64,000 nucleotides of DNA from Octopus vulgaris (lineage: Eukaryota): NCBI GenBank assembly GCA_951406725.2, contig OX597832.1:13082001-13146000 (forward strand). Direction: 5' to 3'. Of this stretch, positions 40,710-53,683 are shown one piece after another; position 1 is the stretch's first letter, and each line of letters opens with the position of its first letter. The translations under genes were made by a program, and so were the position numbers. The notes under the pieces were generated by a model. That model was not told where the DNA came from and searched no databases. It saw only the letters and a program-made list of their open reading frames with translations.

Positions 40710-40800
40710 TATGATGATGATGATGATGATAATAATAATGATAATAATAATAATTGTGATGATGATGATGATAATAATAATAATTATAATGATGATGATG

Positions 40801-40860
<60 letters not shown>

Positions 40861-40900
40861 GTAATAATGATAATGATAATGGTAATAATTAATAATAATA

Positions 40901-40978
<78 letters not shown>
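40570..40978. repeat. (GAT)n/(AAT)n compound microsatellite
   Basis: Directly visible. Confidence 0.95.
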
Positions 40979-41125
40979 GTTCTTTTTATTTGCCACACGC
41001 GTATCAGATGATGGAGACGTAACAAATACAGTGTAAAAATTTGAGAGCAGGGTGGGTTTACATAAAGTCGATCGGAAGAAGAAAAGTGAAAGAAATATTA
41101 CCAGAGTAATAGTCGTGTTATTTGT

Positions 41126-41156
<31 letters not shown>

Positions 41157-42029
41157 GAAGCAGCAGAAATATATTGCTTCGAAAGCTAATAGTAATTTCA
41201 ATAGTGATACTCTACTCTTTCATCTATTTGTAAATGAGACACAAAGAAACATATGTGGAGAAAAAAAAACAAAAACAAAACTAACAAAAAGAACAATCAA
41301 AAATATAATTATTATTCATTGCAATTAGAAATCTCAAAAAAGATTTCTCCGAATCACTGCACAAACAGTGTGAAACCTAACGAGAATAAGATGAATATGA
41401 AGGTGTGTTGTTAATGACACTTTCAATAAAAAGTAATACTTCAAATTTGAAACATAGCTAAATTATATTGGAAACCAATCAACTAGATAACGCATTCAAA
41501 AAGCTAGTTATTATTATTTCCTAACTAAATCGATCACGCAATGCGTAATACTACATTTAGTACAATAAAATCGAAATACGATTTGGCAAAAATTAAAAAA
41601 AATAAAAGTGAAAGAAGGAAAAAATATCCTACTGTGTTGCCTTTGTTTTTGCTATTACAAGTTTCTTTTTGAAATACAATTGTTATGATGCTGGTGGAAA
41701 GGATGTCGTTTATGATGATGATCTTAATAACAATAATGATGGATGATCATGATGATCATAATGATGAATTCACCTCGTAGTAATCCCTAAAATCATCTAC
41801 AGTGAAATACAATCTAATTTCTTTATTTGCTTCAATTCCGCAGGAGTTACAGAACGTTTGCAAATAATAAATACAATCAAAAATTCAGTACAGAATACTA
41901 CGCACATTCTTATACTAACAGACAAAAACACATGCAGACACGCATATTTATGCAAGTGAACATACATTTTACACGCATCTCTCTCAATCTCTGTGTGTGT
42001 GTACATATATGTATATATGTACGTATGTA

Positions 42030-42092
<63 letters not shown>

Positions 42093-42442
42093 ATGTACTT
42101 TTCGCGCTGGATTGTGTGTGCGTTTTTCTTTTTGTCATCTGTGAATTTATTTTTGATCTTCTATATAAATGTAGATATTCCGTCAGTTTGGCTGCTTTTC
42201 TTTCTACAAAAAAAAACGGGAAGTTACATTGCGGAACAGCTATTTTAACGAGTTGTATTTATTTATCACCCAACGAGATACATCTGCACTGCCGGATGCT
42301 CCTGAACCAGTTGTTGAGTGTCCCACCAATGAGGAATTGATGTTAGATCTGTCGAAACAATTGTCGTAATAAATAGTAAATTCTCGTAAATTCCTTCTTC
42401 CCTCTTTCATTTGCCACACACACAGACGCACATATATATTTA

Positions 42443-42484
<42 letters not shown>

Positions 42485-42530
42485 GATTAACATACATATA
42501 TACATACATACATATATACATACATACATG

Positions 42531-42569
<39 letters not shown>

Positions 42570-42992
42570 TTAAACTTAAGTTGAAAGTCAACAAAGTCTG
42601 GTTTATAAGCGATGAGATGTATTGGAAGATACAGTTAAGGAAATAACTGTATTCTCAAACACAGGATAATGCTAATAATATAGCACGAAAAAGATAAACT
42701 ATCCATATTTTGCAGAGGAATCTGTCGGCGGTCATTTATGAGACTCGAACTCACATATCTATGATTACGCGTAAAGTCCTTTACCATTAAGCTAAACTGA
42801 CCCATATTTCGAATTCTCTGCAAATTTAGAATATAATAATATAGCTTTATAAGATGCTGTCGCACATCAAATTAAACTTATGTTGAAAGTCAACAAAATT
42901 TGCTTTAGAAGTATTGAGATGTATCGGAAGATACAGATAAGGAAATATTTTTTATTCTCTAATAACACAGCATGATAATAATATAGCATGAA
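42570..42992. repeat. Diverged direct repeats of about 120 bp (42570-42689, 42872-42992) bracketing a tRNA-like sequence
   Basis: ttaaactta.gttgaaagtcaacaaa..gagatgtat.ggaagatacag.taaggaaata present twice, period about 302 bp. Confidence 0.85.
42729..42802 (-). pseudogene. tRNA-like sequence (pseudo-tRNA or element-borne Pol III unit)
   Basis: Acceptor ggtcagt/aatgacc, A box tagcttaatggta, T arm gtgag-ttcgagt-ctcat; anticodon arm poorly paired. Confidence 0.65.
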
Positions 42993-42995
42993 TAT

Positions 42996-43150
42996 CAGTG
43001 CATTGTCATATCCCAGAGTATATTTGTTTCCTCATTTTCTGTGGCCTTCTCTGGGGGTGTGCCTATACCATCTTTTTACTATTGTTATTCCATAGTGTTG
43101 GTATATCTTCCTGCGTATATAGGTCCCAACTCTGTCGTGTCTGTGAATAT
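42996..43150 (-). mobile_element. R4/Dong-type LINE internal fragment
   Basis: HRHDRVGTYIRRKIYQHYGI..WYRHTP, frameshift, EKATENEETNILWD aligns with RHDRVGQYLHW..WYNHHPEAVTEGENVTILWD of the 62998-63777 ORF. Confidence 0.8.
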
Positions 43151-43155
43151 ATATT

Positions 43156-43985
43156 TCTTTTTCTTCTTCTTCTTCATCTTCTTCTTCTTCTTCTTCTTCT
43201 TCTTCTTCTTCTTCTTCTTCTTCTTCTTCTTCTTCTTCTTCTTCTTCTTCTTCTTCTTCTTCTCCTCCTCCTCCTCCTTCTTCTTCTTCTTCTTCTTCTT
43301 CTTCTTCTTCATCTTCTTCTTCTTCTTCTTCTTCTTCTTCTTCTTCTTCTCCTCCTCCTTCTTCTTCTTCTTCTTCTTCTTCTTCTTCTTCTTCTTCTTC
43401 TTCTTCTTCTTCTTCTTCTTCTCCTCCTCCTCCTTCTTCTTCTTCTTCTTCTTCTTCTTCTTCTTCTTCTTCTTCTTCTTCTTCTTCTTCTTCTTTTTCT
43501 TCTTTTTCTTCTTCTTTTTTTTCTTTTTTTTTTCTTCTTCTTCTTCTTCTTCTTCTCCTCCTCCTTCTTTTTCTTCTTTTTCTTCTTCTTCTTCTTCTTC
43601 TTCTTATTCTCCTCCTCCTTCTTCTTCTCTTTCTTCTTCTTCTTCTTCTTCTTCTTCTTCTTCTTCTTCTTCTTCTTCTTCTTCTTCTTCTTCTTCTTCT
43701 TCTTCTTCTTCTTCTTCTTCTTCTTCTTCTTCTTCTTCTTCTCCTCCTCCTCCTTCTTCTCCTCCTCCTCCTCCTCCTCCTCTTTCTTCTTCTTCTTCTT
43801 CTCCTCCTCCTCCTTCTTCTTCTTCTTCTTCTTCTTCTTCTTCTTCTTCTTCTTCTTCTTCTTCTTCTCCTCCTCCTCCTTCTCCTCCTCCTCCTCCTCC
43901 TCCTCCTTCTTCTTCTTCTTCTTCTTCTTCTTCTTCTTCTTCTTCTTCTTCTTCTTCTTCTTCTTCTTCTTCTTCTTCTTCTTCT
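43156..43985. repeat. About 830-bp (TTC)n/(TCC)n polypyrimidine tract
   Basis: Directly visible. Confidence 0.97.
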
Positions 43986-44259
43986 ATGTAGTCGTCGATT
44001 AAAGCCGATGAGAAAGTAACAACCTGTATCACGTGTATTAATGCACTTTGCATTACGGGCGGTTCAATGTATCTGCTGTCTAGGAGAAGGTAAAAATACA
44101 GCCCTTGTCAGCTTGTTGGCGAACACAAATCCTGAAACGAAAACATCTATTTCAAGCGAATACCGCTCTTGGTGCATACAGAGTTACGTCCCTTTTTTTT
44201 ACGATTGCTGCTGTATCCGAGTTCAGTAAATTTATGTATATTTTCCATTCACTAAGCAG

Positions 44260-44460
44260 CAGTATGCTTGATTCAGTGGTTAGATCATCGGGCTCACAAT
44301 CATGAGGTAGTGAATTCGATTCCCGGTCCGGGCTCTATGTTGTTTTCTTGAGCAATACACTTTATTATTATTATGCTCCAGTTCACTCAATTATAGAAGC
44401 GAGTTATAAAATCACTGATGCCAAGCTTTATCAGCCTTTGCCTTTCCCTTAGATAACATC
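44260..44460 (+). mobile_element. Old SINE family C copy
   Basis: cagtggttag..aattcgattccc head and cttgagcaatacacttt block. Confidence 0.7.
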
Positions 44461-44492
44461 GACAAACGGTCAAGAGACCTGAAGGGAGGGGG

Positions 44493-44790
44493 AAGCACTC
44501 CGTCGGTTACGACGACGAGGGTTCCGGTTGATCCGAATTAACGGAACAGCCTGCTCGTGAAATTAACGTGTAAGTGGCTGAGCACTCCACAGACACGTGT
44601 ACCCTTAACGTAGTTCTCGGGGATATTCAGCGTGACACAGAGAGTGACAAGGCCGGCCCTTTGAAATACAGGTACAACAGAAACAGGAAGTAAGAGTGAG
44701 AGAAAGTTGTGGTGAAAGAGTACAGCAGGGATCACCACCACCCCCTGCCGGAGCCTCGTGGAGCTTTAGGTGTTTTCGCTCAATAAATAC
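44493..44790 (-). mobile_element. 5'-truncated SINE family A, tail type i
   Basis: Near-identical to 7393-7690. Confidence 0.9.
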
Positions 44791-44949
44791 TCAGGACCAG
44801 AGGAAGGAAGGAAGGCGTAGAGAGGGTAAGCAACTATGCATGTGCGACTGCTGCTCTTCCCTAAATAACTTTGCCCTGACTTGTGCCTTGGAAGGTAACA
44901 TTCTATATGCAATCTATGGTCATTCATGACTGACGGGTGTCTATATGTA

Positions 44950-45420
44950 GAGGTACTTTGGTGTCTGGTAACTGCGCCTTGCCAGGGATGGTCAGGTGGA
45001 CAGGTATCACTGATCCTCATTCCACTCCTAATCTCTCACTTCATGGGAACACTCGACATACCCAGTAGCCCCACTGCGGCTGGTGGGGAGTGGTGTAAAT
45101 ACTACACTAGCAGGCGAAAGACTCCTAGTAACCCTCCCCCACAAGGAATCGCCGGCCAGGGCCATGAAGCCTGCTCGGGTCGACGAACATGTGTGAAGAG
45201 CAAAGGCGTGTCTCAAGTAACAACCTGGAGAGGATTAATCGTCGCCAAGCCAACTTGCTCATGAGACATTGATGACCATCACAGCCACAGCAGAACACAT
45301 ACCGAATCGGATCGGTCGTTCCCGGTGTTACTGACTCACCAGGGGCTGCAGAAGACTTGAGACAAGTAGCAAAATCTAGTTCCGACATCGTTAACAAATG
45401 CCTCAACGACCAAATCGGTC
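44950..45420 (+). mobile_element. Probable RTE-clade LINE 5' UTR and start of APE domain, decayed
   Basis: GC-rich island; RIGS..SPGAAEDLRQV..DIVNKCLN resembles the N-terminus of RTE endonucleases. Confidence 0.4.
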
Positions 45421-46025
45421 AAGAGATACGAAGAGAAGAAGGAAGACGGGAGGGAAGGAGGAGGAAGGAAGGAAGGGAGTGACGAAGGAAGGGGGGAGGA
45501 AAGAAGGAAGGAAGGACATGTAAGGTTGTTCATACCTTTTTGATTTATGAAAATTAATCTACAGATATATAATCTTTGGCAATTATCAACGATTTCAAAT
45601 GAGCAGAGAAGATCATCTCTAGGAAAAATTACGCTCCACAATTTACAACCCAACAAAAGGCCTGCCTAAAGTGAAAGCACAACTGTTGACGGCTTCTGCC
45701 TTAATATGCGTCATCAGTATAGCAATTATCCAAAATAAATTCAGCCGATGAAAAGACTTGTCATATACAGGGGAAAAATGTAGAATACTTGTTCAATTTG
45801 CATAAATGAATTGGAAATGAAGAGAGTAAAATAATTTAGAATTGTTAATATCAGGCATTTTAACAATAGAAGCGAATCTTTTGGGTGTGCTAACAATGCT
45901 ATCCATATCAGTAGCTATTTGATGACACTACGATATCAAATGTTGTCCTTTATCAACATTTAGATATACATACATACATACATACATAAAACGCACCCAC
46001 ACACGCATATACACACACCTATATT

Positions 46026-46067
<42 letters not shown>

Positions 46068-46072
46068 AGTGT

Positions 46073-46378
46073 GTGGAGGCGCAATGGTCCAGTGGTTAGG
46101 GCAGCGAACACGCGGTCGTAGAATCGCGGTTTCGATTCCCAGACCGGGCGTTGTGAGTGTTTATTGAACGAAAACATCTAAAGCTCCAGGAAGCACTGGA
46201 AGGGGGTTTTTGTGATCCCTGCTGTGCTCTTTCGCCGCAACTTTCTCCCACTCTTTCTTTTGTAGGCCTGTTTGCTTATTCAGCGTGGGTGGCGTCATTT
46301 GAAGGATAAATCAATGCGAAGCGCATTGTGACCAGTGAGGTGTAGCAACATTTGATAACCTGGTTGGTCACGGTGATA
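46073..46378 (+). mobile_element. SINE family A, tail type ii
   Basis: Homologous to 21753-22060. Confidence 0.88.
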
Positions 46379-46437
<59 letters not shown>

Positions 46438-46440
46438 ATT

Positions 46441-46812
46441 ATATGTAGAAAATACAAACTGGGACAAGAACGCAAAACACTTAGAAGACGATACAAAATA
46501 CACGGACGGGACATTAGAAGCCCTCAATCTTCAGTCAAGAACCGGATCATCGTAGCAATTTCGGCTGATTAATCTTGAGATCGCTCCGATCTTGCCAGCC
46601 CCCAGGAAAAACTAAGCTACGAGCATTAGATTTCTTGGAAGAAGGATCGAATGTATACGAAATAGGGACAGAAAAACGGACGATGCCACACGAATATAAA
46701 ATACAAAAAACAATAATGAAATACAAAAAACTAAAATGAAATACAAAAAGCAATAATGGTAAAAACAGGACGAAAACAACAGGTGTCTTACGACTAATAA
46801 CAGTACAACAAT
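46441..46812 (-). mobile_element. Unclassified T-rich element between TA runs (Penelope pLTR-like)
   Basis: Bounded by (TA)n; strand-biased composition and motif order similar to family E. Confidence 0.4.
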
Positions 46813-47947
46813 ATATATATATACACTCTCACTCACGCGCATATACACACAGCAAACTTATACAGGTTTTTGTTAAAAGGATACTTATTGTTTGCCAATA
46901 GTATTGATGAGGTAATTGGATAAGATTATGCAAATCAAGAAAATGATTGTGCAATCTTGTCAGTTGATTTACTGAAACAGTAGTGTTTTATAAAGCTTAA
47001 AATACTAAATATGCTTTGAGACAATTATTCCAGCTTTAAGTTCTGTATTTCAGTTCAGCCTTCATCAACATTGCTTTTCACCTATTCAGGGCTTGTCAAA
47101 ATAAGTACTAGTTGTGTAATACATTGCCTCCATCCCAACAACATGAAGCCGTCTACCTGGTGTAGAAGGCTTCATGCTTCTCATCAAACCACGCTTACTG
47201 CAGGAATGGAGTGTTCGAACCCACAACTAGTTATATTTTATTCGAGTGTATTTAGTGCGAGTCTTGTTGTTTAAAAATCCAGCCTGGAGAGTATTGTTAG
47301 CACACCCAAAAGATTCGCTTCTCTTGTTAAAATGCATATCAACGATGCTTTACGCACATAAGGGATTATACTATTTACTGTTTTTGTAGACATGCATTAT
47401 CTTTCTGATAGGACTAAACAATGACACCTATATTCCTAGCCGATGATGCGCGTTATGAAGAAATGCATGCGTTATAATCCGATGGCGTCACTCATAGCGC
47501 AAATCTCGCGGAAATATTTCCTAAGCGAAATGTCTTGTCACAGCTTGTTAAGAATAATTTCAGGCTAAGAAAAGAATAAGTTCAGGCTAAGATATTGTAT
47601 TCAACTCTGATTGGGTTGGCTCATTAGTAAATAATATTTATAGATCTCATCGGTAAATATACTATGTAAAGGTGTTTATAAAGAAGATCAATAGTTCTTA
47701 TATGGATGTAAAAGACGAGTTAGGTATTCGTAATGACGGAGCGCAATCACGCAGAAAAGCATGGATCCAAAGATCCGGTGATATCCTTCATAGCCCAATA
47801 TATTTCGAAACATTTGTTTCTGAGAAGAATTTTCTCACTGGACTATTTTCTCACCGACATGTGTTCCCATATTCCAGGACAAGCAAACGTGTAAAATATG
47901 ACCGCACACGCTGACGTTGTATGGTATTATTAAAATATATATGCATG

Positions 47948-48088
<141 letters not shown>

Positions 48089-48299
48089 ATATATATGTGT
48101 GTGTGTGTGTGTGTCTGTGTATACATATATATATATATACATCTATATATATGTATATAACAAAGTCACTTTGATCTGTGAAAGAGAGCTGCAGCCAGAG
48201 GTAAGTATCTTTAGAGGTAAAAAAATCCAATGCAGAGGTAAGAGTTGGTAGTGGTATTAGTAGAATATTGGATAAAAGTGAGACCAGAACGCCATGTTG

Positions 48300-48485
48300 A
48301 ATCGTTAGCTCCTGCACGCATTTTTTTCTCTCCTTGTTTCTTTTCTGTGTATCTTTCTGTTGAAGAGCGTAGGCTCGAAACGTAAAAGACTTGTTTTATT
48401 TCAATTCCTGAGCGCCATAATAATACAATTGTTTGTTTGTACTCCACCTGCCTTCGTCTTTTGTTTATTTTCGTAAACCTTCCCG

Positions 48486-48487
<2 letters not shown>
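48300..48487 (+). mobile_element. Penelope pLTR-like repeat with hammerhead motif, copy 1
   Basis: Homologous to 49911-50090 (inverted); ends in (TA)n; hammerhead motif 48352-48389. Confidence 0.7.
48352..48389 (+). ncRNA. Variant minimal hammerhead ribozyme motif
   Basis: Stem I TCTTT/AAAGA, core CTGTTGA plus extra A, stem II GAGC-gtag-GCTC, GAAA, CGTA with GUA triplet. Confidence 0.55.
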
Positions 48488-48534
<47 letters not shown>

Positions 48535-48559
48535 CATTCATACAGTCATACATATATAT

Positions 48560-48761
48560 ACTCTTTTACTCTTTTACTTGTTTCAGTCATTTGACTGTGG
48601 CCATGCTGGAGCACCGGCATTGGTCGAGCAAATTGAGTCACAAGTCTTTGGTCGACTCGAGGCTATAATAGAAGACACTTGCCCATGGTACCACGCAGTG
48701 GGACTGAACCCCGAACCATGTGGTTGGTATGTTAGCTACTTACCACACAGCCACACTTGCG

Positions 48762-48763
<2 letters not shown>
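48560..48763 (-). mobile_element. SINE family D, internally deleted
   Basis: Head and tail present, middle missing. Confidence 0.82.
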
Positions 48764-48840
<77 letters not shown>

Positions 48841-49235
48841 GCTTATGCACACAGAAACATATAGGGTTAACCTATATACACAATGAGCAAGAATATCTAA
48901 AAAAATAAATGCATAAAGAATATTCATTATATGTAAAAAAAAAAAAAAAAAGGAATATATATATTTCGGGAGCATCGTTATTTCATAAGATGAAAATAAC
49001 AGAAAAACTCTATAAAAATGAATGCGGGAAAGCCTACGCCAATAAAGAGTGAATTTTTGAAAACATCTCTATGCCAAAATATATATGAATGGCAGCTAAC
49101 CATTTCAAAGTAAATCAATGTGTATAGCAATGATTTCTAAAGAAATGCACGCCAAATTTTATTTAAGTAGATAAGTAGCTCATGATATGAATATTAGCTT
49201 TAAAAAAGTGTTATGTTTTAGCTGATGTTCAATGC

Positions 49236-49294
<59 letters not shown>

Positions 49295-49840
49295 GAGTTT
49301 TCTTAAAGGAATTATAATATAGATTTGAATACTTTATTCATGAATGTAATTTATTTAATGACGCAATTATTGCTATAACATATTGCAACTAAAACGTGAG
49401 TGTAATATTCTAAATGATAACATATGCATTTTGGCATTAATCATAGAAAGCTTATATCTGAATGTATACGAAAATACATATTGATAATATTAAAGAATGA
49501 TACAGTAAATAATATATAACTTTGAAAGTGCTTAAATTTTCTAACGGCGATAAAATTAGTGAAATGAATGGAAGCTGTTTCGATAAGGTTTCAGCTTAAA
49601 AAAAAAATCTTCTTGAGTTACGAAAAATATCGCCTAACATAAAATTAAAAAAAAAAAACAGATGGAAATAAAACCGAAATAAATACCTCTGAATGTAATG
49701 CAAATATGGATATAAGATTATGCGATTATTCATATAAAGATTTATAATTCTTAGATGTACACTCCTCGCCACAAAAGTAAGTATAAACACGCAAATACAT
49801 ACATACTTACATACATACACACACACACACATATATATAC

Positions 49841-49910
<70 letters not shown>

Positions 49911-49912
<2 letters not shown>

Positions 49913-50090
49913 AGTGGGGTGAATTCACAAAAATGTCGAAGACAGGTGGTGTAGACAACAAACAGATGTATTAGTATAATGCTCGGGAAGTGAAAATGTC
50001 TTTAACGTTTCGAGTCTACGCTCTTCCATAGAAAGGAACACAGAAAGACACAAGGAAAAAAAAAAAAAGAATGTGTAGTGGAGAGCTATC
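49911..50090 (-). mobile_element. Penelope pLTR-like repeat, copy 2
   Basis: gaagagcgtagactcgaaacgttaaagac and ccacctgtcttcg on the minus strand; ends in (TA)n. Confidence 0.7.
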
Positions 50091-50339
50091 ATAACTTGGT
50101 TCTGTGTAGACAGAGATCTCTGTTTACAGACTCCTGATATAAAATATAATATAAAAATTTCGAACATATAAATAGATCGACTGCTTGTTTGTTTGGATTG
50201 GTCAAATTGACGTAGTTACCTCTGATGAGAACCTTTTAAGTTTCAAAACTAAGAAAATATAGCTAAAGGAGCCCTGTTAGTATATCTACTATATACGTAA
50301 TATATATATTTCTTATTGCAAACACATTGCAGATGCTCT

Positions 50340-51060
50340 CATACCGGGTGCTAGCAAGGTTATGGGGTCATCAAGAAAGAATGCGTGCCGTTTCCAGACC
50401 CTCCTCACGATGGCATCATTTCTTTTTAAAATCTTTTTACAGCTGTGCGAGGCCAGGTTTTTCGTCTTCCTCCGCACATTTCTATCTCTTTCTTAGGCTG
50501 TTCTTTTCCATCCTGAAATGTTTCATTCTCCTGTTCCTCCTCCTTGATTTACAGTTTTCTTTTGCCACTCGGTTCTCATACCTTTTTACTCCAAACAATT
50601 CCATTCCTCTATCGTATATTGAGTTTGCTAACTTCCCTGGTTTCTCCACAGTGGATCCTGTCAGTTTAAATAAAGCTTTACATACCTTGTTCTCAAACTC
50701 TTTATCATTTACTTTTTTAGTAGCAGGAGGCCAACGAACCCACGGTTTCCTGCGAACACTTTGTGATCCATTAGTTTTATAACCTGCAGTTTCCTGTCGG
50801 GAAGAGGTCTTTGTTGTAGCATTCCGCTGTGGTTTGAATCTGGTGATGATTTGCCACGTGTTTTATGATCAGATGGTCCACACTATTCTATCCTCTTCCG
50901 ACAAGTCTTTCCTTCTTAAAAGGCCTCTCAAAAGTCTTACTGCACAATTTGCATCCATATCTATCATGCATAAGCAAATTTCTCTGAAGAGCAGTATTAA
51001 TATATCAATCTACCTAATAATCTTAATGGTAGCTTAATATATTCCTATCTGTATGGACTG
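50340..51060 (-). mobile_element. Possible decayed RTE-like LINE 3' region
   Basis: Purine-rich coding-like minus strand with many stops; no intact diagnostic motif. Confidence 0.3.
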
Positions 51061-51252
51061 AAGATTATTCTGATTTTCGAATGAATATGAAGAAAAAAAA
51101 GACAATCACATATTTCCTGTGTTTGGTGATCACGAAATTATTAATCATAATGTGTAAATACCCTATTTATTCTTTTCACAACGAATTTTACGGTTTTAGA
51201 AATATTTATTTCATATTTTAAATTATTCAACAGACGATGGATAATACAATAC

Positions 51253-51485
51253 TTATTTCTTTACTAGCCACAAGGGGCTGAACACAGAGGAGACAAACAA
51301 GGACAGACAAACAGATTAAGTTGATTACATCGACCTCAGTGTGTAACTGGTACTTAATTTATCGACCCCGAAAGGATGAAAGGCAAAGTCGACCTCGGCG
51401 TAATTTGAACTCAGAACGTAAGGGCAGACGAAATTCGGCTACGCATTTCTCCCTGCGGGCTAACGTTTGTGCCAGATCGCCGCCT
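51253..51485 (-). mobile_element. SINE family B, full length
   Basis: Reverse complement of the 4125-4352 type. Confidence 0.88.
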
Positions 51486-52720
51486 AATGCAATACACATG
51501 CATTAATATCTGGATGAGATATCTATACGTCTATCGCATTCTAAAGCCAGTGGAATATTAACAAACTTTGGAACACAATATCGTCTTAACAAAAGATATT
51601 TTCCTTTAAAATATCCAATATTAATACAACCGCATATACAAATGATGCATATTTCAATAACTCATATCTTAATGCCGCCTGTTATTTATCACATCTAGTT
51701 TCAACACCTTTATGGCGGACAGTCTCAAAACTCCGGAACAAATGCTTATTATCCTCGCTAAACACTCGAATATCAGTGAACATAACAAAAATAAGAACGC
51801 AGTTATTTCATATATTCCAAAGTTTCACGCAGCCGATGTAATTACAATGTACAACATTCAAATGTACTACATTCAGTAACGTATGTTTTCCTCTATTCAC
51901 TATGTATATATTAGCCTCGTTATGGCTGTTCAACCAACTGAAATCACCAGTTATATCTCGCTTACCTCACCATCATTGAAGAAGTAAGGTCGTATTAAAT
52001 AATGATATATATGGAAGAAAGAAAGGATATTGACATGCGGACTGCATTTGAACAGAGGCCGGTCGATCCATACTTACTTTTATATGACTACAACTATAGC
52101 GAACATTTTCTTTTCAATCAACAACAAAGATATGATATGCTGTCAGCTACCAAACACACCATGGTAGATTTACTGCATATACAAGTAAAATTACAGAAGG
52201 TATATTCATTCCACACATGCACTACATAGGAAATCAATCAAAACGACAGTCGTACAACATTTGTCCAATACCAAAAACGACAATTATTCGGTGTACATAG
52301 AACATATTAGATATATCATGGATTACGTAAAATCTTACTCACACTCGTTTGTTTTCTCGTTCCCCTTCTGTCGCCGTAGTATTGGCACATACTCATAAAA
52401 AAACAACCAACTAGAATAAATGAAATTTTGCATGGCTCACTTTATCATAGATTGCGTAATGATCTCACAGATTAGATTTACATATATTCTATGACTATAA
52501 ACACAAATGCACTCGAAATAAAAGTATGTCCTTTCGATTGTATGATACACCATTTCTTGTCACAGCGAACCTCAATAAGAAAAGACACTGACCCAATGTA
52601 TTCGATGTTTTCTAAACATCAAAACACTTGACCTACATCTCTGGGTTTATTGAATTATCGTTCGAATAAATCTTACCCTCACATTCAGTTAAAAGAAACA
52701 TTAAAGAAAAGGCGCGCATT

Positions 52721-52953
52721 CTATTTCTTTACTACCCACAAGGGGCTAAACACAGAGAGGACAAACAAGGACAGACAAACGGATTAAATCGATTATATCG
52801 ACCCCAGTGCGTAACTGGTACTTATTTAATCGACTCCGAAAGGATGAAAGGCAAATTTGACCTCGACGGAATTTGAACTCAGAACGTAACGACAGACGAA
52901 ATACGGCTACGCATTTCGCCCGGCGTGCCAACGTTTCTGCTAGATAGCCGCCT
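52721..52953 (-). mobile_element. SINE family B, full length
   Basis: Reverse complement of the 4125-4352 type. Confidence 0.88.
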
Positions 52954-53016
52954 TCACGCACGCACATACACGCGCACACACACTCATGCACACACGCACG
53001 CAGGCACAGACAGACA

Positions 53017-53055
<39 letters not shown>

Positions 53056-53683
53056 ATACACATACAAACATGCACACATACACACACTTGTTCATGACAA
53101 CTCATTCACAGAACAAAAGAGAAGCAATATAAATAAGTTCATTAATCTTAAACACTGAAGATTATTAAGAACCCTCATAACCTTTCTAACAACTAAGTTT
53201 GCCTGGCTTTCAATGAATATGAAAGGATACAGAAATTCTGTAAGTACCGCAAATATTACACAAACCTCAACATTCTTGAGCAGGGAAGCTTTTGTTCAAC
53301 TAAACTTATGCACACGACACATAGTGCATTGGATTTATGGATTAATCCAATGCATTCCATTATATATTCCTCGTATTATATCTCTATGCGATAAGAACTT
53401 GATGGAAAAAAGTTTTTTGATAAGTGTCGACAAGCGCAATTTCAACGATATAGCAATAATACATCCAAATTATTCCAACTCTCTCCCGTTTTCCCTTTGA
53501 GTTATCAACGCTGTAGCCTCATTCTCGGTTATCTTCCTTAAGTATTTAGATTGCAACTTGAGACAAGGTATTGTTTACTGTAAATTGGTTATGCAACTTG
53601 CAAATAGTTTACTGTTGAAGTGTCAACACAATTCTCTTAGAGGATTATTGCTTGAAGTATAGGTATTAATTTTATAGGGCACT

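Noticed and set aside
48195-48210. Consensus donor GAG-gtaagt
   Set aside because: No credible upstream acceptor or exon; sits beside a transposon-derived repeat
52002-52229. 75-aa ATG ORF
   Set aside because: No homology recognisable by eye; length compatible with chance
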